Assembly (NCBI GenBank): GCA_000934665.2
Contig: KZ537978.1
Span: 1 to 64,000, forward strand
Reading direction: 5' to 3'
Length of the DNA: 64,000 nucleotides
Origin: Catajapyx aquilonaris
Taxonomy: Eukaryota
Both the position numbers and the translations under genes were made by a program. Each line of letters starts with the position of its first letter. Within the stretch, counting starts at the first letter, position 1. Shown here piece after piece: positions 46,401-58,400 of this stretch. The notes beneath the pieces were generated by a model. The model had not been told where the DNA came from. It was given only the letters and a program-made list of their open reading frames with translations, and ran no database searches.

Positions 46401-49400
46401 TCCCACAAAAGCCAAAGTGAAAGGCTTGGGACCAAAATTTTAATTCTAGGAACGAAGAGGGGGGGAATAATGGTAAATGTTTCGTCCTTGCCATCATTCT
46501 ACCTCAAAAAATATATACCTCCTATGTAATCGTGCGGTTGTGCTACTACAAAAGGAACCGACATTCCAGTGTAGAGATGGGGATGAAAAATTGCACAGAA
46601 GTCTCCTTTTATTTTTCTCGGGAATCACGTTGATGTGGCGGAACCTTAGGTAGTAGACGGAAGAAAAACAACCAGAACGACGTGAACAAAGGAGGCATAG
46701 TTAAGAATGTCCGATCCGATTCCGATAGTTTGAAATTAATTGCGACTGACGCCATTCAACTCCAGGGTGTGCTAAAATCGAGACGTAAACAGCACTTATG
46801 TGCGTCTAGTTTTTTTTTTCACGTTTGCAATAAATTTAAAGTTCCTCTTGTAAGGAGGGACCCCCGAACCATTCGGTCTTACCTTTAAAATTCAATATCG
46901 AAGGTAATATTGAACCCAAATAAAATTAAAGGAGCCAGGGAGCCACTTACGAAGGCAAGTAGAAGAGATTAAGTAAAGATTGATTACCTGGCGCAAAATT
47001 CTATTTCGGCCAGGGGTGACATGCTGACGTACTGTACCTGTTGCAGTCTGCGTAGATTATCTCCTGCATAAAAGATTATATGCAAAAGAGGCATCCCACT
47101 GCGCTTTTGTGTGTATTTCGGTTCAGTATCATTTGAATTTGAAAGTGACTTCTAAAATCTGAACATCTGCAGTTTCGTTGGAATGCTCTATCTAGTCACA
47201 CACAAAGGGCTTCGCGAATGTATACAATTAAACCTGAGGCAGGATAAAGTACACAGGCAATCTAGCGTCGTTCGTCATTTTTTTCTACGCTTCGCAAGTC
47301 TCACGAAACTATTTGTCCTGCATACCAAATTCGGCCTTCGTGAGGGGAATTCATCCTTGAAACCATCTTTTCCATTCGGAAGGATATTGGGCCCAGTTGA
47401 CTTATAGGTTGCTTTGGATTTTCTTAGAAGCGAAATGTCCGGTAGTATTGGATGGCAAGATGTATACGATTTGAGGGAGGGCAGGGTTATCTGTCTGTCG
47501 GAGGTAGCAACTATTTCTATGTGAGGGGGCTGAGAGAGAAAGTGGAGAATTCGAGGCACGTCAGGTTGGGTGGGTGGACCTTTGGGACTGGTTTTCTGAC
47601 CTGGCCTTATGTAAGCAGTGGGGATCATTCGCAATGCGGTCAGCAACCACAGTGAAATGTTCAGCCGAAATTCAAACATTGGTAGCGTACAGGTACAGTA
47701 CGTGCTCTTTGAGACAGGGATCCATCCTGGTCGTTGGGTAATCACGGCTGAATGGGCGTGGCTCGGATGAGACCTCACGTTCATCACTTTTGACGTGAAC
47801 TAGCTTTTACGTGGGGAAAACGACTCCATCCGGTGCATACTTTCACCCGAATCCGACGTAAATGCCTTCAAATTCCTAAACCCGGATTCAGGCCATATGG
47901 CCTAAACCAACCGTAATCGTAAGTGGCTGTAAATCTTCGTCATCCACCAGGAAACCACCTTGTAATGGTCGTCCTGGCCTAAAATTAACGTTACATAATT
48001 ATTTAACTCCAATGAGGCACACACACACAATGTTATTTCCAGCGAGTGCAAATTGTATAGGCGGACGCATAGTGTGATATCCGATTGCACCAACGAAATC
48101 ACAGATTCGATAGCTCCTAACAGATCGTTAGGACACCCTTTTAACGTGTGCTAACGATCTGTTAGGTGCTATCGAATCGGTAATTTCGTTGGTGCAATCA
48201 GGCATAAGTGTAGTATTACAATACTGCAGTCAAATATGATTGCGGACACTTAGTTTTTTTTGTTTATCCTGTAAGTTCCACTACCTGCGACACATGCCCC
48301 ACATGTGGCCAGTGAGGAATGTGATGCAGGTAGTTGCACTCGCAGGATATGCAAAAGAATACACGTGTGCGCAATAATATGCTCTACAATATTTATTGAT
48401 TTATTTGGGACAAGTGCGTTAATCCAATAGATGAATAGAGGAAAGTAAAAAGAAACTGAACACATGAAAAAATAAAGGGATCCACCCATGTCTGAACCAA
48501 GCCTAAGGACATGGTTCAACTATAGGACGATATCAGAAAAGGGTACACATTCTAAACTTCTTCCTTGGGAGCATGGTCACCAGTAAATGTGCAGTATACG
48601 CTATCAGCAGGATATTCACATCAGTATACTGTAGATATGATTAAAAAATTACTGCGAGGGGTAGAAAAATGAAAGAAGTGAATAGCATATGGTTCAGTAA
48701 TACTTGTCCGATAGTTCCATATAATTTATCAACTCTGACCTATTCCACTCTTTGTCCAGGATTCTTAGTTTTTTCAATTTTTTATTTTAGTTTTTAGTCC
48801 TTTTCGATGCAGTATACCTATCTTTGTTCATGACGGTTCACGACTGTACGTTTACCAAACTAAACTTTGACCCTAATCCGTGTACATGGTCTCCCACTGA
48901 CTCTATTTAGCTTTCCAGCCTGATCAATCACGATCCCCGCCTTGAAACGAGAATGTACAACATGCTCACCAGATGAGAACCTCATCTATCCGGGATCAAG
49001 GCTCCGATAGCAATATATAAAGGTTATGACCCAAGCCAAGAGGTGCTAACTCTTTAAAAATGGTCAGTTAGTATGACAAGGAAATTTGATTTGCGACAAT
49101 GGCGCACCTCACGCACAGTCTATACTTAGCATAAGAAATATTAAGCGGCGGTTCATTCATAGGTATGTAAATGAAACGCCATATATCAAAACCGACCTTG
49201 AGGGGCTTTGCTTTGGCAAAACGTGGCCTTCATTTTGCAAGAGTAGTGTAATCTAGTGATGTAGGCGCTATCAACCTTTGCCTGACTACCTTCTGAGCTT
49301 CCTCCCTCGATTAATCTCTCCCAGTGCTAATAAACTTTGGGAAGGTAAAGGCGAAGGAGACTTGGTGGCTTCCGGGATAAGCCCCTGCACTCTTGTTAAT

Positions 49401-52400
49401 TAGCTTACATACTCCTCGTTTGTCATTTTCATTCTCGTCTGCACGTAATTACGCGGATTATGCCATTTACAAAAATGGCCCACCGTGCCCCCTTCTAATG
49501 CACTTGTCAATATTTGCATTATCACTTGGGGTAAGCCAGTTAGGGCCGGTTTTATAAGCTCACATTGAGGAGAAAATATAGGATTAGGTACTGTGAATAT
49601 CTCTGTATAATGGGAGATGTCCCCTAATTTCCGTTCAGACAAGCGACCCAGACTGGGCCAAAATGAGAAAAACTTGCGATAAAAATTGACATTTGACTGT
49701 TTCTGTAGGAACTTTCTTCGCGAATGTAAGTACAGTGTGTGGGTCGCATGTGGTAATACTTGTTTGTTCCATACCTTGTGCGTGCAAATTACTGCAGGCT
49801 CTCCGAATCAGATAAAAGGGCTTATTTTTACCATGGATATTTTCGCATTTGATGATTACAGCCAGATATACTGCAAGTGTATTTAGGGTTCCATGAGGAA
49901 TAAAATTATTGTTTTTGTAGCCATTTATTATGCACATAACATTCCGATAGAAATTATTTTATGCCGTGTGCATTGATTTTAGCAATTTCTGTGACCAAAT
50001 CTTTCAAACGATATAGGCAGTGATTACCAGGAATTGATGAAAATGTAGTTATGCTGATCTGTTGAGTGTGAGGTGAGTAATAAATGATAAGCCCGCTCCT
50101 TTTAGTTGCTACTGGGGAGTTGGCAAATAAAAACAGCTGATAAATAATTCGTGTGCGGCACGCCTGCAACCAATTTCGCCATCAGTGCGCATGAGCAACT
50201 TTGCAATTTTTAACAATTCAGATACAAACATTAGCCTATACATCAGTGATAAAATTTTCACACATTGTAGGTAATAAGTAACTATACAAGCCAATTTGAT
50301 TATTTTCAAGCTTTCAATAAATACATTAATCAATTCCCCACATTATTAGGACCCATGGCAAGTAAAAGTAACTTTGACACTACATTCTTATTCGGTATTA
50401 TTTCTTTATGCTCGTAATGAAGAAATTGTCAAAAAAGTTATCAGACGCTTCGATACGATATTGAAGCCAATGAGCAGTGGCCATGATCTCCTAGATGATG
50501 ATGATGTATATTTCAGCTTATAGCTATCAACATATAGCTATACGAAGCACTCGTGAATCAACATCATATATGATGGTGTACTCCGGATGCATTTTATGGC
50601 AAATTTTTATATCCCAACTGCGCAATGAAATTTTCGGCGTTGAGCGGAATATTGAGAGTCTGGAAACAGTAATTTACGATGGAGTTAGATCAGACCCTTG
50701 CGCGAGCATAAGAGCACATGAAGCAGGATAATTGGTTTTGCTGCCAGTGCGTAATCAGTAGAGGAGTATTGTTTGAGCCATTGTGCTCTATATTGCTGGC
50801 TTTAATGGCTGTTGGGCTGATTTTTACAGCAAACTTGCCGGCCTTTTCTGCCCCTGATTGTGAGGTATAGAATGCAAAACGACCGAAAACAACTATTTGT
50901 TTTCCACCTATTATAAGCTTTTGAGATTGGAATTGCGAAATGTAGTGGACATAAAATAGAGAGAGATGTGCTTTTATTGCTCAGAGTGGACTTCATGGAA
51001 CTATACGTAAAACTTAACCTGCAATAGAATTTTTTAGACCTAAAGTATGTTATTTCTCTAGTCCTATAGTGTATATGTAGAAGCTGTAGGCATAAGCCAG
51101 CAGTATATATGCTGCTTCCAATCCTTTTAACGAGGTACAGCATATAACTACCCCCTTCCAATGCTAAGAGACGAGTTGAGATAATTGATGGGCATTCAAA
51201 GTAACTTAGGGTCGGTATGTATGCAACGCACACTAGTAAACTGAAGCGATGGGATGCTAGTTGCATACACTATATGCTAATTTCTGGTAACTGAAGTAGC
51301 CTCATTAAGATAATACTCAGTCCTGAAATTCCCTGCTTTTTGTATAGACTTGTGTTCTGTACTGCTACTATAGGAGTAGTTTGTTTTTGCCAAAACTGCT
51401 GCGACCTAATTATGACGAGAAATGATTCTCAAGTGCACTATGCATAACGGGATTCACAGGGAATCGAGGAGGATCTTTTGTTAGTTGAAGGCGGTGTCAA
51501 GGTAAACATGGCTGCACTGGTCAAAGGGCTTGATATCACTGTGGCGCACATTTACTGAACGGTCTGGCGAATCTTCATGTGGGTATATTCGAATAGTGAA
51601 TATTTAGGCACCCTGTTATTGCGTTCTCGTTCATAATTCCATATCTGACAATCATGGTTCGTGCCTGCTGGCATAATTTTTCACGCGGTGATAGTTTCAT
51701 GAGCGTTGTTGGCCATGCTTTTGTTTCACACCCGCATGACACAATGCGCGTTGAGAACTGTAAATATAAAAAGTTTACCTATAATTTTCCACTTTGCATG
51801 AGCAGTGCACTGCAGTGGATCAGCCAGTTCATATAGCATTAACGCCTTTACACATGAAATTCAAGGATAAAGTAGCATTTGCCTAATGCCAACGTGAATT
51901 GCTTTTTTGCACGCAAACTTGTACACAAAAACAACTGCACAGCTCACGGAAGCATTATTTTCAGCACACTTTGTCAGGATTCAGGACACGTGTGTTCCCT
52001 GGTCAGAACTTCTATAAACGGACATCCCCCTGCTGCTTTCCAACCCCTCAACAGTTCAGGCCAAAAGGGACAGAAATACCCCAGTTGACCAGCAGCTGCT
52101 GCTCCTCCTCCACTTCTGTGGACCCTATTTTATGAGGGGACCTTCTCCCTGAGAAAATGGGGAACGTTCTTCGTCGAGTGCTTTATTTTCGCCTGTGCTT
52201 CTAAGTGGAATTGGGGAAAAATCTCTGTAGAAGCCATACGTATCCATCATGGGTCGGGCTCAGCGCCATTTGGATTAATATAAGGCGGCGACATGTTTTC
52301 GAGCGCTGCTGGGATCAAATGGTCTGAGGAAACGGGTTTTATGAGGCGGGCCTGATACGACGGGGGATGTTTTATTGCGTCACAAAACCTGCCCTTAGTG

Positions 52401-55400
52401 GTCAGTATCGAATGGGACGAAGGTTATGAAGAGGACCAGTGGTCTCGTGTAAATGATTAGGAACGATTTTACAGGATGGTACTGGATGATGCCATCCTGT
52501 TTCTGCTGTCGATCAACCGACTTTTTAACGATTTACGTCAATGGCGCTTAATGATTCGCGTTTGAAAGTTTTTTTCTCATTTTTGATTGGCATCGTTCAA
52601 ACTCCGAAAGATCTGCACTTAAACCGTCTAGAATTTCCGGAGATGCTGCGTACTTCGGTAAACAAATCTTCCTTAATGAATGGATGCATTATGCAAAATG
52701 TCTAGAGGATCCCATCTAAAGTTGTAGCAATGCGGTATAGGCCTACTCTCTCTTCATCATCGATATTGGAGGTAGAAGCGAATTCCCAGGACGCCGACTG
52801 ATTGAATTTCAACCGTCGACGTTTTTGTGTCACATCTATACTACAACATTGCAGTTCCCTTTACGAATCCTTAAAACGTCCAAGTTGGAGCAATATTTTT
52901 TGCAGCGGGTCACTACATCTCCTCTCTGGAGACTAAATTAAATGCTTTTTCTGCTGGCAGGAACTTTTGGACAAAATGTGCCAGTTCTCTCTGCAGAGGC
53001 TCCGAGGACCCATTCCATGAGCCATAATTCAAGATGTAATCTCCCACGACACCCTTTTGTACCGACACCCCCCCCCCCCCGAAAAAAAGGTGCCCCCCCA
53101 TTCATTAATCAGGAGGGATTTGGTGTAAATTCGTAGCATGGAAATCCTCCTTCCGCAACATTTGCAGTTGTGATTTAATTTCATTAGGGCCGTTAAGATA
53201 GCACTTGTTTGATACCAGTTTTGCATGGACCGACGTGACTGGTTAGGAAAATAAAGGTCGTACAGGTCGGACTAACGGAGCAACGCCGTCATCAACAAGC
53301 CATGCGTAGTGCGATGCTTCTTCATGATGTCTATTTCACGGTGGAGTCCCACTCTTGAACTTGTGGAATGAGATGTCAGGATGATGGAGCGTCTCGTCTG
53401 AAGTTTAGGAGTTTTTTTTTCCTTCTTTCGAGTCCTCCCACCCACCCTCTACGCCTCTCCTGAAATCACCACTGCGGGGCAAGTTGCGAAACCACAAGGT
53501 TGAACTACTTTGCATAATTTTCTATGCAAACATTCCAGTGAAAGTGCTCCTCAATCCGTTCGGGGAGTTGCTGACAAGGTTGCTACATTACTGATGGGAC
53601 ATCTACTGAAAAATAATGTGACCAAATAGCTGTCCGGAAATGTGTCGCATCGGTGTTTACTCAGCTTCGGAGCTTCCATGTGAACAAGTTTATTCGGGCG
53701 AAACGAAAAACATGGTCCGGAATTCTCCGTATGGCGACATGTGTATGACAGCTATTGCCAGTGCGGTTTTGCGCCATTTTGTACGCTGGAATTTGCGCAT
53801 GTAGTGACCGGAAAAATGGTTAAATAGCGTACAAACCCGTTGAAGAGACCCTCTGTATACCGCACAAACATTCTGTTATCCACATGGCTGGGTTGTAAAT
53901 ATGCGTTATCAGGATGGTTAAAGTTGAGGCTGTTTCACATAAAACTCCCTGATTATTGTTGCTGCAACAGGGAGCCGCCATTGTTCGTAAGAGTAAAATG
54001 GGCTGTAGTGTGAATCCTTGGGGGGGGATATTAATAATGACGTAGTAATCGCGTAATGATTTAGTATCACAAAGGTGGATGTTGTAACAGTTGAGCACTG
54101 CTGGAAGGGACCACAGGTTCTGGTGACATCAAAAAGATCACCCTTCATGCCTGTATAGTCAGCGAAGTCGAATGACAAGTAGGCGACGCGGAAAGCCGCA
54201 GTGTTGTCGTCCCAAAGAGCGTTTTTTTAGGTCCCCCTGGAGCGATATTTAGGCGTCGCAGCTACATTTCAAAAGCGATGAGCTGAGGCGGCAACATCGC
54301 TACATGATGTTTGTTACCGGCCTGTCAAAAAAGACCGAATGTGTAGAGATGGTGGTGATATAATGGTTTTGGATTGCTGCCAGAAACTTTATGGCCCCTT
54401 CGATTTCTGGGTCGAAACACACATGACATTTCTCTGCAGACCTTTTTTTTTCCCCCTCTCTCTTCAATTTGGCCAGGTAAATTACTGTGATACAACTTAT
54501 AGGCATAATTCGAATAATGTACATAGGACAAACCATGACACACGATCTGCATCAGCGAAGTCATAAACTTTAATCTTGATTTACGTATAGTACATAAAAC
54601 TGTTTAGCTGGAGCGTCTCTCCCTCACCGCTAAGTACCATAGCAGCTAAAACCTTTGGTGCCCGCAGGTGTGAGCCGTTTAGGAACGTTAGCCAAGGCAG
54701 CCAATAAGTCCGAGGCTTTCACGGGGTGCAGTGCTCAAGTACTCTATAGCGAAAATCGGTACGAGAAAAGGACTTGGGATTGAAGATGTTTTTTTTTCTG
54801 CCAGTGTCGGATGACGAGGCACGTAAAGGCTACAAAACTTGAAGCTGACCTTTCAAGAAACGTGCATACTGCTGAATATCATGGCAGGTGATCATTTTTT
54901 TGCCGCCACCATTTCTGTCGGATAATTTTAAAAATTGGCATGTGACTTTGCCGCATTTTGCACGCATATAAAAAAAAAACTGCGGAGGGTCATGATGGTT
55001 TGTCAGAATATCCGCTGTCATAACCTTACCTATTATGCTGTTACGTGTGGGAGCCTCAACTGATTGATCAATTTAACTGGAGAGAACATTTAATCTGGCT
55101 GGTTATATGGAGAATGGAAGAGATGATTGAAATCATAAAAGCTCTGCCGCATCGATTATACACGCATAACTTGATATAATGGTCCAGTATGGGATTGGGT
55201 AAATTGCCCGAGTATACTTAAAACGCGGTGTAACCTCATCAGCCAAGTGCATTATACAAAACGTTTGTGCTGCGTTTTGTATAGCCTTGACATAGAACTG
55301 TTTCATGTGATGAAATATAGTGCTTTTTTGTCGGTGTCTGGAGCATATACCGCGCCAAACGTGACCTATTTGGATCCATGTCATCTCTCTCTGGAGCCCT

Positions 55401-58400
55401 TCTTGCATTGGACTGAAAGGGCCTGTAATGGAGACAAATCGAAGGCTGCCCTTTCTGTGAGGTCCAGAGCTGCCATAGCGCCAAAAGAGCGTGGAACAAA
55501 ATGTGACACTGCGTTCCATCATTCCAAGCCCAAGAAAAATGCACGCTCTTTGTTCGAATGGGAACTGGGCAAGTGTTTCCAAGTGATTTTTTTTTTCTTT
55601 CCTTCTTTTCTTGGAGACGTCCGATTAGTGTCCTTGACCATAAGGAGACTGGTCCCTTGGAGCCCCAACATATGGCTGATATTGGAGATGGGGAGGCAAG
55701 GAGCCAAGAGAAAGGACCTGAGGGGTCACTGCTTGGCCATCCTTCAGCCCAAGGGTCACAAATTTCAAGTAGACCTTGCCAAGAAAGCATCCAGGTTCTT
55801 ACCCCTAGGTTGAAAAAAAGTGACTTGCGGTAAAGAATAACAAAGGGGCGAGGAAATCACTGGAGCGAATGTATAGTGTGCCTAGGAATATACTGGGGGA
55901 TTTCCCATGCAATTCCCGTCGTGAAAAATGCCGGCAGCTCTTGCAATAAATTTTTGGCCTAATAGATCATGAACGAAAGTGGTCGTGGTCTTAATATCCT
56001 TATTCCGAAGTCGCGGGTTCAAGGATGCATTTAAGGTTTGGCGAAATGGGAAAGGATATCGCCTCCATCTTGTTCCAAGAGAAGGAAGGTTCCCCCTTTT
56101 CCTAGCGAATTGCAGTCGTATTAGGAGGAGTTTCCGCATTCCAGTTCCTTCCACAATTCCCTCCCATCCTAGACCCGAAACATGACTATGCAAGTCGGGT
56201 CTCTTGCAGCTAGTGAAAGGCATGCGGCACCAAGGTCAATTTGAATAGTGCAGAATTTTGGTGTCGCACTGTGGTTTGGGGAACAGTTGACAAATTCTCT
56301 TCCGAATCCATGTGCCCGTCAGATGCTAAGCCTAAAAGCCAGTGAGTAATAGTAGGGGATATGGGGCTCATATTGTGAATTATCGCGTCCAAGGTGACCA
56401 AGTGGAGGTGCACCCGGCCCACTCGATTTGATGAATTGCGTATTCCGCAATGCCTGACTTTTACTTTCGATCATGCACCTGTTGACAGCTTCTCCAAGTG
56501 CAATAGATTAATAGGGCTGTAGTTGGCGAGGTGGAGTCCTTGGGCTGGTCGATGAGATATTGCCTGGTAGAAGCAGCGAAGTCCTGCCGAGATTATGATT
56601 GGATAGCTTTGGTGGGTTTATGCGCGAAAACTTTGTAAATGGCGATCGTGGTAATAATTATTCTGATCGCATTATTTTCTCGGCGTCCTGCGCCACAGGG
56701 TGAGGCTGATAGCACGCAGACTTTGCTTGAAAACTTTTACTATCATTTGTTATTGAGATAAGTTATGGGGATTATGCGGCTATTGACATTGCTGAACGAT
56801 TAAAGTGCTGGCTTGACATAACTGTTAAAGCTCGCCGGGATTATTAACGCCTTGATCTTGCTTCACCCTGAGTAATAAGGTCACCCACAAGTCAGGCTTT
56901 GCAGTGCATTTTTCAATGGACAGTTATGTCAAGTAACTGTTGAACAATGTTGCAGACTGCAATTCAATGCATTGTTCACATAGCTGCATTCCATACAGTA
57001 CATAGCCATTTAAGAATTGTCAAAGTATAATAGCAGTTAATTCAAATTCAGTGGAGCACCCTGTATATAACACGCGAAGAAAAACTATGGCCGTTTGGCG
57101 GGATAGCGTATTGCAGCAAACTTCTTTTTTTTTTTTACCTGCATTACATTATAAAAAGGGCTGCAGATTCACTGCGGTTGTCTATTCGCGAGTCTGCACA
57201 CGAAGGATGGCAACTTTGTGAAACTTGGCAAGAGGCTGTAAAAAGGCGTAACCTGGTCGTCTATCTGTGGAAATGGTCCACACATCTCCAACACTCCCTT
57301 GCCCTCTGCATATAATGTATACCGGTACCGGTGCCGTAAATTGCGCCCAGCGCCACCAGGTTTTCATTCTAGCCGCGTTTTCGTAAAACTCTCGTTTCCT
57401 TGCCCTAATGAGTTGAAAACTAAGGGACCAGGTGGAACGAATGGAAACTACAGTCCTGAATTCGCCGAATTTGGCTCATTGTTTTTTGTGCAAATATGAC
57501 ATCACGATGCTTGGAAAGAACTTGATGGTTTGAGAAACACCCCGTAGAGAGGTGCACGAGTTTGTTTTCTTCTGGAGGAGAGTGGCCCCATCTGACGGCA
57601 CCTCAGGGCGTAGTTGTAGTCGAGAGAGCATGGAGACCACATCATATAAGTTGGTGAGCGTGTAGAGCCTAGAGGCAGAAAGAACATGAATCATCTGGCA
57701 GGCAACTCTTTGGCGGGGATGGCCTGATGGGAAGATGGAAGTTCCGTGTCATGACCTGCAGGCAGCAGGGAACGAGGGGGCTGCTTCCGCCCTCCATGGC
57801 CACCAATGCAAGAAGAGGATCAGGTTCCTTCAAAGGCCGCGGGGGGATCTAAGTGCTCATCTCATTTTTTTTTCTTTTTTTTTTTAAACGGACAACCAGC
57901 TGGTATACCAGCAATGCACAGATCCATTTTCAATATAAGGCTCAGCGACCTCAAATCTGTACCGTTGGGAGTCCGATCCTGGCCATTTCCTCTTTGAATT
58001 CACCGGACGAGGCAATACGTTTCGGTCCGTTTGTATCTCGGGCAGGATTTACATGAAGAGAAACTAATTGAGCATGATTAGGATGTGATCTAAATGCAAA
58101 TCGGGGGTTAGTTGGGAGGTCGGTGTCGAGTAGGGGGCCAAAGCTGGGCTCTTGTCCAGTATTTCAGACGACGGTACACTGTCTGCACAGTTTTAGTTGG
58201 AGTTGACAGGTGCATTGCCTGGTGGGTCATATGTTTTAATCAGAGCTGGAGGTTCGTCATCCAGAATACCGAATTTTTCTTTCTCTGGGCTTATTTTTTT
58301 GTGTGTCTGTTCCCTGGTCACGTTTTCCGCCAGCTGATTATGTCTCACGTCTTGCGGTCCCCGCTGATTCTCAAATTCGCGAACAAAAAGAGGAGGACGC

